Positions 18,351 to 28,379 of a stretch of DNA of 64,000 bases are shown here, piece by piece (the first letter of the stretch is position 1; each line of letters begins with the position of its first letter). A model generated the notes under the pieces. That model did no database searches. It worked only from the letters and a program-made list of their open reading frames with translations, and was not told the origin of the DNA. The position numbers and the translations under genes were made by a program. The stretch comes from an uncultured Chloroflexia bacterium (GTDB lineage Bacteria > Chloroflexota > Limnocylindria > Limnocylindrales > CSP1-4): the NCBI GenBank assembly GCA_963763775.1, contig CAVXPZ010000004.1, positions 128,001 through 192,000 on the forward strand, read 5' to 3'.

Positions 18351-18542
18351 CTAGCGCTTCTTGCCGCGAACCTCGAAGAGGTGGGCCGTCCACTCGGAAC
18401 CGCCGCGGTCGATCGTCGCGGAGCTGCCGTGCCAGCCGCACGTGCACGTGATCGTCTGATCGCGGTGCTTGTACTCGTCGATGACGTGCTTGAAGGGCTC
18501 GGCGACGGGCGTGGAGGGCTTCAGCGGGGGGCGACTGTTCAC
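18351..18542 (-). CDS. Small putative Zn-binding protein (CxCGW...WxxH)
   Basis: CAGGAG RBS before GTG 18542, TACAAT -10 at 18593-18598, and 'ITCTCGWHGSS...EWTAHL'. Confidence 0.6.
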   Translation of the reverse strand: MNSRPPLKPSTPVAEPFKHVIDEYKHRDQTITCTCGWHGSSATIDRGGSEWTAHLFEVRGKKR

Positions 18543-18679
18543 AAAGACTCCTGCACGACGAACGACGGACACGCGGTGCGTGGGGGGTCCCTCATTGTAC
18601 TCCAGATGACCCCTGACCGCCGGCTCCGATGCCCCTGGCGACAAGAGCCGCGCGTCGATCGACGGCGCGCGGCCACCCG

Positions 18680-20258
18680 TCAGTCCGGCGACAGGTGATA
18701 CCCGAGCCGCCGACCGACTCGCGTGAGCTCGCGAAGCCACGCCGGGACCGGCTCGCCGAGCTCCTCGGCCGCCTCGCGCCGGACGATCGCCTCGCGGATG
18801 ACTCGCGCGCCGGCGTACCGGAATGGCTCGGGCGGGAACGCCTTCGCCCGCCCGCCGAGCAGGACCGACGGCGCCAGGAGGTCGTCGTCCGGTGCCTCGA
18901 TGCCCATCGGGCGGACGGCCAGCCCGGCGAGCAGCCGGCCCATGACGAGCGATGGGCCGACGCCGTTCCCCGAGTAGCCGTGCGCGAAGTGGATCGGCCG
19001 ACCCGGCAGACTGCCCACCGTCGGGAGATGGTCCGCCGCGATGTCGATCGGCCCGCCCCAGGCGTCCTCGATCCGGACGTCGCCGAGCGACGGGAACAGC
19101 CGCCGCAGGCCCGCCGCAGCGCGGGCGGCCGCGAGACGGTCGTCGGTGAAGGTCGGCCCGATCCGGCCGCCGAACCCGGCCCGTCCGCCGCCCCCGCCGA
19201 TCGCGATGCGGCCGTCCCGCGTCGTGCGCAGGTAGTGGAGCGTGAACCGCGCGTCGGCGAGGCCCTCGCCGCCGGTCCAGCCGATCTCGGCGAGGCGGTC
19301 CGGGATCGGCTCGGTGAGCACGATGTAGCTCGACCAGGTCACGAGCCGGCGGCCGAAGGACGGCCACGCGGCGGCCCACGCGTTCATCGCGACGACGGCT
19401 GAGCCCGCGAGGACCTCGCCGTCACCGGCCGCGGACGTCGTCCGGATCCGGACCGGTCGATCGGCTCGGCGGTCGGCCGCGACACGGCGGCCGCGGGTCC
19501 CTCGCGGCGGTGCCGCGCGACGACGTCCAGCCCCGAGACCGCCGGTCCAGCCGGGCCGCTCCCCGTCCAGTTCGACGACGCGGGTGCCCTCGTGGATGAC
19601 GATGCCGCGCTCGAGGGCGACGCGACGCAGCCCACGGGCGAGCAGCGCCGGCTGGACGGTGGCCGCACCCGGCATGAACGCGCCGGCGCGCAGCACCGGG
19701 GAGGTGACGCGCGCCGCGACCTCGGCCGGCGAGAGCCCGACGTACCGGTCCCCCACCCCCAGACGCTCCGCGGCCGCGACCCCGCTGGCCCAGCGATCGT
19801 CCTGCGCCGGCGCGGCGCTCGCCGAGATCGAGCCGGCCTTCGTGTACCAGGCGTCGACGCCGTGCGCGGCGCACCACGCCCCGATCGCGTCCACCGCGCC
19901 GTCCATCGCCACGCCGACCTGGAGCGCACCGCCCTCGCCATAGCGCTCGACGAGCGTCGGCAGCTCGTCCCACCAGCTCGTCACGAAGCCGCCGTTCCGA
20001 CCCGACGGTCCTCCGCCGCAGATATCCGCCTCCAGGAGGACGATCCGGGCGTCCGGCGCCAGGTCGCGGATCCGGAGCGCGGTCCACAACCCGGTGTACC
20101 CGCCGCCGAGCACGACGACGTCCGCGGTCGTCATCCCGCGGAGCGGGGGCGCGCCCTCGCCGGGCGCGCCCGGCTCGACCCGACACGCCCTCGGCAGCCA
20201 GGGCCTCGCGCAGCCACCATGCCCGCCGCGACGCGCTGGGTCGGATGCCGGCCAGCAT
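18680..20258 (-). CDS. FAD-dependent oxidoreductase, DadA/PuuB-like (frameshift ~20170)
   Basis: 'DVVVLGGGYTGLWTA', 'GPSGRNGGF', 'VQPALLARGL', 'AWGGPID', 'GYSGNGVGPS'; N-terminal 'AWWLREAL' is in the neighbouring frame. Confidence 0.85.
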
Positions 20259-20260
20259 GG

Positions 20261-21313
20261 TCAGTCGCCGGACGGCAGCAGGTCGGTCTGGAGCACGTCG
20301 TCGACCGTGACCGGCTTCGGGACGAGCCCGAGCTTGGTCATGTACGCGATCGACGACGTCCAGCCATCCGGATCGAGCGCACCGAGCCCGTGATCGACCT
20401 GCGACGGACCCGACCACGCGTCGATGGTCGCGTTGAGGATCGCCGACTGCGTGTCACTGGCGGAGGCCAGATCCGGGACGGCCTTGTAGGCCGCGTCGAG
20501 GCCCTTCTGGGGGTCCTTCGTGATGTCGTCCATCGCCCGGAGCGTCGCGGCGGTGAACGCGGCGATCGCATCGTGCTTCGCCTTGATCGTGTCCACGCCG
20601 CTGATGAGCCCGGGACCCGGGAGGGGGGTGATGTCGTCGACGTGGAGGACGGTCGCCTTCTCGCCGCTGAGCTCGAGCTGGATGGGCTCGTTGTTCGAGA
20701 ACCCGGTCGCCGCGTCCACGGCGCCCTGCATGACGGCGGCGAGCTGGCCGAAGTCCGGGTATTCCACGATGGTCACATCGTCCGGCGTGAGGCCGGCTGA
20801 CCCGAGGAGCGCCTGGAGCATGACCCAGGACGAGCCGTACTTGCCGGGGATGCCGATCTTCTTGCCCTTGAGGTCCGACGCGTCAGTGATCCCGGCCGAG
20901 GACTTCGCGAAGACGATCGACGGGAACTGGCCGTAGAGCGTGGCGAGGTACTTGATCGGGATCCCCTGGCTGACCGCCGGGATGACGCTGGTGCCGTCCG
21001 AGATGCCGAGGTCGAGCGCCCCCTGGCCGACGAGCGTCACGAGGTCCGGGTCGATCTTGTTCTGGAACTCCACCTGGAGACCGGCATCCGCGTAGTACCC
21101 GGCCTGGTCGGCGAGGTAGAAGGGCGCGAACTGGACGCTGGGGAGGTAGCCGAGGCCGACGTTGAGCTTCGTCGTGGCCGGACTCGCCGCGCTCGGCGCG
21201 GACGACGCTCCAGAGGCCGGCACGGAGGCCGACGGGCCGCCGCCGGTGCACGCCGCGACCACGAGGGTCATGGCGAGGGCGGACAGGGCGGCGAGACGGG
21301 AACGCGATGGCAC
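20261..21313 (-). CDS. NMT1/THI5-like (RibY-like) ABC substrate-binding lipoprotein
   Basis: Lipobox 'VVAAC', 'LGYLPSVQFAPFYLA', 'KKIGIPGKYGSSW'. Confidence 0.85.
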   Translation of the reverse strand: MPSRSRLAALSALAMTLVVAACTGGGPSASVPASGASSAPSAASPATTKLNVGLGYLPSVQFAPFYLADQAGYYADAGLQVEFQNKIDPDLVTLVGQGALDLGISDGTSVIPAVSQGIPIKYLATLYGQFPSIVFAKSSAGITDASDLKGKKIGIPGKYGSSWVMLQALLGSAGLTPDDVTIVEYPDFGQLAAVMQGAVDAATGFSNNEPIQLELSGEKATVLHVDDITPLPGPGLISGVDTIKAKHDAIAAFTAATLRAMDDITKDPQKGLDAAYKAVPDLASASDTQSAILNATIDAWSGPSQVDHGLGALDPDGWTSSIAYMTKLGLVPKPVTVDDVLQTDLLPSGD

Positions 21314-21348
21314 GAGGACCTCCGATCGATACGGGTGACTGGGGAAGC

Positions 21349-22098
21349 TCACCGGGCACCGACGAAACGGCGCTCGGCGAGGACGACGACGAGATAGAGC
21401 GCGATCCCGACGAGGGCGATCGTCAGGAGGGTGGCGAACATCAGGGGGATGTCGAAGAGCGACCCACGGGCGAGGTTGACGAGCACGCCGAGGCCCTTGT
21501 CGGCGCCGGCCCACTCACCGACGATCGCCCCGACCACGGCGAGCGTCACGCCGACCCGCAGCCCGCCCAGGATCGACGGCAGCGCGGCCGGGATCTCCAG
21601 CGTGAGCAGCACCTGGCGCGGCGTCGCGCGGAGCGCGCGGCCCAGCTCGAGGAGGCGCGCGTCGACCGCCCGGATCCCGACCATGGTCGCGACGGCCACC
21701 GGGAAGAAGACGATCACCGAGCAGATCACGACCTTGCTGACGAGCCCAGGCCCGAACCACAGCGCGATGAGCGGTGCCAGCGCGAGGATCGGCGTGGCCT
21801 GGGCCGCGACGAGGTACGGCGACGCGATCCGCTCCACGAGCGTGCTGCGAGCGAGCGCGTAGCCCGCCACGAGCCCGCTGCCCGCCCCGACGGCGAGGCC
21901 GAGGAACACCTCGAGGAGCGTCGTGGCGAAGTGCGGCAGGATCGTGCCATCCGTCCACGCTCCCACGAACCGCTCGAAGACCGTCTCGGGCGGCGGCAGG
22001 ATGAACGGCGGATAGCCGGTGATCACGACCACGGCCTTCCACACGATGACGAAGACGACGAACGCGCCGACGACCGGGAGCACCACGCCGCGCCTCAT
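21349..22098 (-). CDS. NitT/TauT-family ABC permease
   Basis: 'FILPPP', 'QATPILALAPL', 'EIPAALPSILGGLRVG', 'GAIVGEW'. Confidence 0.9.
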   Translation of the reverse strand: MRRGVVLPVVGAFVVFVIVWKAVVVITGYPPFILPPPETVFERFVGAWTDGTILPHFATTLLEVFLGLAVGAGSGLVAGYALARSTLVERIASPYLVAAQATPILALAPLIALWFGPGLVSKVVICSVIVFFPVAVATMVGIRAVDARLLELGRALRATPRQVLLTLEIPAALPSILGGLRVGVTLAVVGAIVGEWAGADKGLGVLVNLARGSLFDIPLMFATLLTIALVGIALYLVVVLAERRFVGAR

Positions 22099-22862
22099 GA
22101 GGCGAACTCCAGGTGCGAGCGGATCGCGGCCGCGGTCCCCGACGCGACGCCGCCGTCGAGCACCTCGATCGAGCGAGGCCGGGGCACGCTGACCGGGATG
22201 TCCGCGACGACTCGGCCGGGACGCGGCGAGAGCACGATGACGCGGTCGGCCACGAGGATGGCCTCGGCGATGCTGTGCGTGACCATCACGATCGTCGTCG
22301 CGGCCCGCTCGCCGAGGCGGAGGAGCTCGAGGTCGAAGCGCTCGCGCGTGAGCGCGTCGAGCGCACTGAACGGCTCGTCGAGCAGGAGGAGCTCCGGCGC
22401 CATCGCGAGGGCCCGGGCGAGCGCGACGCGCTGACGCGTCCCGCCCGACAGCTCGGAGGGTCGAGCCGAGAGGGCGATCGACTCCAGGCTCACCAGGTCG
22501 GCCAATTCGTCGAGCCGCCGGGCTCGGCGCTCCTCGGGCCAATCGGCGAGCTCCAGCGGGTAGGTGATGTTCGCCGCGGCCGTCCGCCACGGAAGCAGCC
22601 GAGGCTCCTGGAAGACCAGGCCGATCCGCGGGTCCGGGCCCGTGATGGCCTGGCCGTCGAGCTCGACCGAGCCGCGACTCGGGACCAGGAGGCCGGCGAT
22701 GGCGCGAAGCATCGTGGACTTGCCACAGCCGTTGGGCCCGATCAACGCGACGATCTCACCGCCGTCCACGACGAGGTCGATGCCGTCGATGGCGACATGG
22801 CTGCCGCGGTCGCGAGTGGCGAACTCGACGGCCACGTCCGTCAGGCGCAGCTCCCCGCTCAA
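22095..22862 (-). CDS. NitT/TauT-family ABC ATPase
   Basis: Walker A 'GPNGCGKS', 'VFQEPRLLPW', 'LSGG', 'LLLDEPFSALD'. Confidence 0.93.
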   Translation of the reverse strand: MSGELRLTDVAVEFATRDRGSHVAIDGIDLVVDGGEIVALIGPNGCGKSTMLRAIAGLLVPSRGSVELDGQAITGPDPRIGLVFQEPRLLPWRTAAANITYPLELADWPEERRARRLDELADLVSLESIALSARPSELSGGTRQRVALARALAMAPELLLLDEPFSALDALTRERFDLELLRLGERAATTIVMVTHSIAEAILVADRVIVLSPRPGRVVADIPVSVPRPRSIEVLDGGVASGTAAAIRSHLEFAS

Positions 22863-24331
22863 CGGGCACCGCCCGACGACGGGGCGAGCGGTCGAAGGAT
22901 CGGCGCCGTCGCCGGGTACAGGGCGACGTACGCCTCGAACAGCCGGTCGTAGACGTCCGCCTTCGAGGGGTCCGGCGAGATCCGGTGGTCGACACCCGTC
23001 ATCGCCCCGATCGCCGAGCGGACGTCCGGGTGCGCTCCGACGCCCACGGCACCCAGGATCGCCGAGCCGAGCACCGCCGTCTCGAGCACGCGCGGGACCG
23101 CGACCTCGAACCCGGTGACGTCCGCCTTGATCGCGTTCCAGGCGTCGCTGCGCGCCGGACCGCCGCAGGTCCGCATCTCGGTCACGCGGACACCGGCCGC
23201 GAGCATCGGCGCCGAGACGTGCCGGATCGCGAGTGCCGACGCCTCGAGGATCGCCCTGGCCAGGTGGCCGCGGCCGTGGGCGAGCGTCAGGCCGGCGAAC
23301 ACGCCACGCGCCGACGGGTCCCAGACGGGCGATCGCTCCCCGGCGAGGTACGGGAGGAAGACCAGGCCATCGGCGCCCGGCGGCGTCGCCGCCGCCTCGG
23401 CCAGCAGGACCTCGGTCGTGACGGTCCCGCCGAGGATGGCGTCCCGATACCAGTCGAGGGCACGGCCCGTGGCCGCCATCGCGGCACCCACGCTGAACAG
23501 GCCGGCGAGCGGCGCCGGCGTGACGAACCCACCCGGCACGTCCACCGGCCGGTCCCAGTAGACCCCGAACCCGCCCGCTGCGCCGCCAGGATCGAACGCA
23601 TCGCCGGCCTCACGAAGACCCGCACCGTGATAGCTGGCGAACGCGTCCACGGTCCCCCCGACCACCGGGATGCCGGTCCGGAGGCCAAGGGCGTCCGCCG
23701 CGGCTGCGGTCAGCTCGCCCACCCGCTCACCGGTCCGTCCCACGGGTGGCAGCTTGGCCGCGGGGACGCCGGCGTCGGCCGCCACGCTCGGGTCCGGGAC
23801 GAGCTGGTCCGGGATGAGCGGCGCGCTCGCCACGCCCGCGAGCCGGAACGCCAGCCACTCCCAGGTCGAGAGGTACCAGCGCGTGACGGCAGCCACCGCC
23901 GGCTCGTGCCGCTCCACCCACAGCGCCGCCGGGAGGCCGCCCAGCGCCCAGCCGCGGATCCCGGACGTCGCCGCCAGCTCCTCGGCCTCGGCGGTCGATC
24001 GAGTGTCCAGCCAGGTGATCGCGGGACGGGACGCTTCCCCGCGGTCGTCGACCGCGACGAGCGTCGGCCCATGGCCGTCGACGCCGATGGCGATGACGTC
24101 GGCGAGTGCCGCCGGGTGCAACGAGCGCACCGCGCTCACGACCGCCGACCACCACGCCCCGGGATCCTGCTCGGCCCATCCGGTGTCCGGCCCGACGGCC
24201 ATCTGGTACCCCGCCCGACCCAGCCCGAGCAGACGACCGTCGAGCGTGACGAGGCCCGCCTTGACCTCGTTCGTCCCGAGGTCGATGCCGAGGACGGCTG
24301 ACTGCCGGCGGTCCGCCTCGCGCGCGCTCAT
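22859..24331 (-). CDS. FGGY-family carbohydrate kinase (xylulokinase-like)
   Basis: 'LGIDLGT', 'WAEQDP', 'AITWLDTR', 'FLPYLAGERSP', 'CGGPARS'. Confidence 0.9.
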   Translation of the reverse strand: MSAREADRRQSAVLGIDLGTNEVKAGLVTLDGRLLGLGRAGYQMAVGPDTGWAEQDPGAWWSAVVSAVRSLHPAALADVIAIGVDGHGPTLVAVDDRGEASRPAITWLDTRSTAEAEELAATSGIRGWALGGLPAALWVERHEPAVAAVTRWYLSTWEWLAFRLAGVASAPLIPDQLVPDPSVAADAGVPAAKLPPVGRTGERVGELTAAAADALGLRTGIPVVGGTVDAFASYHGAGLREAGDAFDPGGAAGGFGVYWDRPVDVPGGFVTPAPLAGLFSVGAAMAATGRALDWYRDAILGGTVTTEVLLAEAAATPPGADGLVFLPYLAGERSPVWDPSARGVFAGLTLAHGRGHLARAILEASALAIRHVSAPMLAAGVRVTEMRTCGGPARSDAWNAIKADVTGFEVAVPRVLETAVLGSAILGAVGVGAHPDVRSAIGAMTGVDHRISPDPSKADVYDRLFEAYVALYPATAPILRPLAPSSGGAR

Positions 24332-25281
24332 CGCGACCGTCCGAGTGCCGGGGACAGGGTGGCTTCGTCGAGGGTCACGACGGCCTCCGCTGTCGCGACG
24401 TCGGTCACGAGCGTGCGGACGACGCCGGCGCGGAGGGCCCCGAGGATCGGCCGGACCTTGTTCTCGCCCGAGGCCACGCCGATCGCGACCGGGACACGCC
24501 CGAGTCGGCGGGCGTCGAAGGCGATGACCCGATCCCGCAGGGCCGGACAGACGAACCGGCCGTCGAGGTCGAACGGCGCGACGAGGACCTCGCCGACGGC
24601 GTCGCCCTGCTCGAGCTCCTTCTCGACCTTGCGTCCGACCGTGGCCGCGCTCCAGGCGGGGCCGCCGATGCCGAAGAGCGCGACGTCCAGCCGGTCCCAC
24701 AGGTCGAGGACGGCCTTCAGGCCCGCATGCGAGGTCAGCGCCCGTTTCGTGGCAGCGTCGTCGACCAGTCCCGGGGCCATGAGGCCATGCGGCTGGGCGC
24801 CGAGCACCTCGGCCACGCGCCGGTACGGCTCCCGTTCCGGGCCGGTCGACCAATACCCGCCACAGAGCGGGACGACCGTGGCGGCGACCGGACTCGCGGA
24901 TTCGTCGAGGGAATCGGTCGTCGCCGAGACCGATGCCCCGTCACCGATCCCGACGACCTGGCCGTCGCGGACGGCCGCCCGGAGGAGTTGCGCGGCCAGC
25001 CGGCCCACCATCCGGCGGGTGAGGTCCTCCGGTCCGGCGATCGTCGGGGCCAGCGCGACCTGGTCGAGGCCGTAGCTCGCCCGGAGGGCCTCGGCCGCCG
25101 GGCTCTCGGCCGTCGTCGAGTCGATGATCCGGATCTCGACGATGCCCTCGGCGCGAGCGCGCTTGAGGAGGCGCGAGACCTGCGGACGCGTGACGCCGAG
25201 GAGTGCCGCGATCTCGCCCTGCGTCTCACCCAGCTCGTAGTAGAGCCGGCTGGCCCGGACGAGCTGCTCGAGATCGCTCAT
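24328..25281 (-). CDS. SorC/DeoR-type sugar-binding transcriptional regulator
   Basis: 'LYYELGETQGEIAALLGVTRPQVSRLLKRARAEGIV', 'KVRPILGALRAG...LVTD'; C-terminal part of ORF 24328..26832. Confidence 0.9.
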   Translation of the reverse strand: MSDLEQLVRASRLYYELGETQGEIAALLGVTRPQVSRLLKRARAEGIVEIRIIDSTTAESPAAEALRASYGLDQVALAPTIAGPEDLTRRMVGRLAAQLLRAAVRDGQVVGIGDGASVSATTDSLDESASPVAATVVPLCGGYWSTGPEREPYRRVAEVLGAQPHGLMAPGLVDDAATKRALTSHAGLKAVLDLWDRLDVALFGIGGPAWSAATVGRKVEKELEQGDAVGEVLVAPFDLDGRFVCPALRDRVIAFDARRLGRVPVAIGVASGENKVRPILGALRAGVVRTLVTDVATAEAVVTLDEATLSPALGRSR

Positions 25282-25302
25282 CGCGGGTCCCGAGGACGGT
25301 GC

Positions 25303-25329
25303 GGCACAGATGTACTGAACAGATGTGCA
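25303..25329. promoter_or_regulatory. Tandem SorC-family operator sites
   Basis: GGCACAGATGTACT and TGAACAGATGTGCA share ACAGATGT and are near-palindromic; they lie just upstream of the regulator. Confidence 0.6.
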
Positions 25330-25379
25330 TGCATGCGATGCGCATGATACACGGCCCTCGCGAGCCTGGGTGCCTCGGC

Positions 25380-26832
25380 TCAGGCGGGCGGCAGCGCCGC
25401 CAGCGCGGCCCGGGCTCGCGCGGCCTGGAGCGGGTCGAAGCTCGGGTCGAGGTCGAGGGCCCGCTGCAGGGTCGTGCGGGCGTCGGCGGTCCGGCCGAGG
25501 GCCAGGTCGATCATGCCGGCGTGGTACAGGACCTTGGCATCGACCGTCCCGAAGGCGAGCGCCGAGCGCATCGCCGCGTCCGCGTCGGCGGGACGGCCGG
25601 CCGCGAGCAGGGCCCAGGCCATCGCGTCGTAGCCGTAGACGTCCTTGCGGGTCGCCAGCTCGGACTCGGCCAGCCGGACCGCGCGATCGGGCTCGAGGCC
25701 GTGGTTCGCGAGATACAGCGCCAACGTCCGGTCGTACACGTTCGCCGCTTCGCCGGAGAGCTTCGCGATGGCCTCGACCGTGGCGAGGTCCGTCGACGCC
25801 CGACGGGCGTCGCCCGGGCTGTCCGCGGAGCGTGTACAGGTCGCCGCGTCGGGCGAGGAACTCGGGCTGCGGCACGATCGCGATGGCGGCGCTGAGCTGG
25901 GTGATCGCGCCGTCGAGATCGCCGTCGGCGGCCGCGACCCGAGCCAGTCCCGAGCGGGCCAGGAACGAGCCCGGATCGGCGACCAGGGCCGCGGCATACG
26001 CCTTCGCGGCGCCGGGTCGGTCACCGGTCGAGATCAGCACGTCGGCCAGTTGATAGCGGTAGAACGCGGCGCGCTCGCCCTCGGCGCCCTCGGCGACCGA
26101 GGCGTCGACGGCGGCCCGGACCTGGCGGACTGCCGTGGCGGTGTCGCCCGTGATGAACGCGAGATGCCCGAGCCGGCCGAGGATCGCCGCCGACGGCGCG
26201 ACGCGCTCGGCGTGCGTGTAGGCCGCCGTGGCCGCGACGACATCGCCCAGCTCCAACTCGGCGTCACCGAGGGTGGCGAGCGCGACCGGGTCGGCGGGCT
26301 GGCGGGCGAGGACGGCCCGGGCCTGGTCGGCCGCATCCGTGAACCGGTGCAGGGACACGAGGACGCTCCCGCGGTACCCGAGCGCGGCCGCGTTCGTCGG
26401 GTCGCGGCGGAGGGTCGTCGCGAACGCCGCCTCGGCCGCCAGGTAGGCGCTGAGGTCGCCCGTCGCGCGAGCGAGCTCGATCTGCGAGATGCCGAGCCGG
26501 TTGGAGCTGATGAAGTCGTCGGCGTCGAGCGCGACGCGCTGCCCCCAGAAGTCGACGTCCGCGCGGATCCGGGCCACGTCATCGGCTCGAGCGATCCCCT
26601 CGGTGGCGCCGTCCCCGGCACCGTCGTTCGAGCCGAAGGAGATGGTCCCCGGGTCGAGGTCCCCGACCGTCGGCTCCAGGGGGTCCGCGACCGTCGGACG
26701 GATGACCGGCGGCGTCACGGCGATCCTTGTCGCGACCTGGCTGACGATCACGATCGCCACCATGGCGCCCACGACCGCGAGCGTGCGGGTGCGGAACGAT
26801 CGACGAGGTCGGGAGGCGGTGGCGGAGAGCAT
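25380..26832 (-). CDS. Membrane-anchored TPR protein (frameshift ~25820)
   Basis: N-terminal TM helix and Ala-rich TPR helices; the C-terminus 'RKDVYGYDAMAWAL...YHAGMI...LDPSFDPL' is in ORF 25380..26024. Confidence 0.8.
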
Positions 26833-26920
26833 CGGTCAGCGTCCTTCGCGTGTGCGTGTCTGAGGTTGGGGTGCCCCGCCCGGGCCGATCGGCGCCGGAC
26901 GGGGCGAGCCAGGCGCTGCC

Positions 26921-28114
26921 CTAGTGGGGCATCGCCAGGTAGGGGAACGTGGACGTGAACGCGGCATCGTTCGCGTCGACGCCGTCGCTCGTGACCGCGC
27001 CGTTCGTGACCAGGCCGAACTCGGCGTTGATCACGTCGTCGGACGGCTTGCGGCCGTTGAGGAACCCGGCGGGGTCGCCGAGCTTGATGGTCAGGGTGTC
27101 GGGCAGCAGGACGTTCGCGAGCCCGTTGATCTGGCCGGCCGTGTACGGGGTGGCCCCAGCGTTGGTCAGGACCGCGCCGAAGGCGTTGAACACGGCGACC
27201 GTGGTGTCCTTCATCGTGGACCGGTCATCGGCCGGGTTGAGGAGGTTCTGGAGATCCTTCTCCGAGTCGGTGATGTTGAAGACGGTGTTGATCGCGGGAC
27301 GACCCATCCGGTCGATCCGCTGCCAGCCGCCGTTCTTCTCGATCGAGGTCGTGGCCCAGACGCCGACGGTCTTGCCCTTGCCGCCGAGCTTGGAGTCCGG
27401 CAGGTTGAGCACGATGCTGCTCACGTTGGTGCCGGCGAACGTGTCGGTGCCGGTGAAGCAGCTGAGCAGGTTGGCGTTCGAGTCGGTGTCGTCGAGCGCG
27501 CAGTTCGTCGAGTCGCCGGCGGAGCCCAGGTCGAGCTGGCCGTCGAGCAGCCGCGACTTGAGGTGCTTGAACCCGACGAGGTCGAAGAAGAACGGGTCGT
27601 CGCGCGGGCCGGCGAAGGCCCGGCCGCCGCCGCTCACGTTGGCCACACGCGTGGTGCCGCCGTAGCGTGAGGTGGTGCCGGTCGCGACCGTGGTGCCGGT
27701 CCATGCGGTGGCCCGAGCCGCCGCGCCGGTCGCTCGCTTGACGTGGAACGTCTGGCTGACGGTGCCATCGCTGTAGTGCTTGAGGTTCGTGAAGCGGACC
27801 TTGTAGGCGATGTCGGCACGGGCGTCGCCGTTGGTGTCGACCTTGATCTCGTAGAGCGTGTTCCCGCGGAACTTGGCGCCCTTCGAGTCGGCCGGCGCGG
27901 TGAGCGGGTTGACGTTGAGCGCCAGGGCGGTGCTGCTGCCGCTGGTCCGCCAGGCGTAGAGGTCCGTGATGTCGACGCGGGCGTCGATCTTCACGAGCGG
28001 TGAGTCGAGGTGGTCGGCGGCGCCGACCGCGAGCGGCCCTGCGCCGATCGCGGCGATCGCGCCGGCCATGGCAAGGGCGCCGGCGGCGCCGAGGAACTTC
28101 GTAGGTGTTCGCAT
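26921..28114 (-). CDS. Secreted DUF4331-family protein
   Basis: Signal peptide then 'ADHLDSP...DITDLYAW', 'FAGPRDDPFFFDL', 'IDRMGRPAIN', 'NGRKPSDDVI', 'FPYLAMPH'. Confidence 0.88.
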   Translation of the reverse strand: MRTPTKFLGAAGALAMAGAIAAIGAGPLAVGAADHLDSPLVKIDARVDITDLYAWRTSGSSTALALNVNPLTAPADSKGAKFRGNTLYEIKVDTNGDARADIAYKVRFTNLKHYSDGTVSQTFHVKRATGAAARATAWTGTTVATGTTSRYGGTTRVANVSGGGRAFAGPRDDPFFFDLVGFKHLKSRLLDGQLDLGSAGDSTNCALDDTDSNANLLSCFTGTDTFAGTNVSSIVLNLPDSKLGGKGKTVGVWATTSIEKNGGWQRIDRMGRPAINTVFNITDSEKDLQNLLNPADDRSTMKDTTVAVFNAFGAVLTNAGATPYTAGQINGLANVLLPDTLTIKLGDPAGFLNGRKPSDDVINAEFGLVTNGAVTSDGVDANDAAFTSTFPYLAMPH

Positions 28115-28303
28115 GGAACCCGTGGGCCTCCAAAGTGGGATCGAGCCGGGATCCGGCTCGTGGTGTCTTGCGCGTCCCGAGGTGCGCCGTGAGCGCAGCG
28201 GTCTACTCGGGTTCGGCCATCGGCGGTCCTCCATCCCCCGGACCGACGATCGATCCAGGTGCTCCGACGCCGAGCGGCAGGGGTCTCGGCAGGTCGGCCG
28301 GGA

Positions 28304-28329
28304 TACGCAGCCCCGGGACGGACGGATGA
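28304..28329 (-). promoter_or_regulatory. Putative ECF-sigma promoter for the DUF4331-TPR unit
   Basis: TCATCC-N16-CGTA on the minus strand, ~190 nt upstream of the ATG; resembles SigK-type ECF promoters. Confidence 0.45.
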
Positions 28330-28379
28330 ATGCGCGGTGATGACGGGCACGGAGCCCAGGCGGGCGGCGCGTCGAGGAC

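Noticed and set aside
24328-26832. Apparent TPR/SorC-regulator fusion (834-aa ORF)
   Set aside because: The TPR C-terminus is in another frame ending at 25380; the linker is non-coding and contains the operators.
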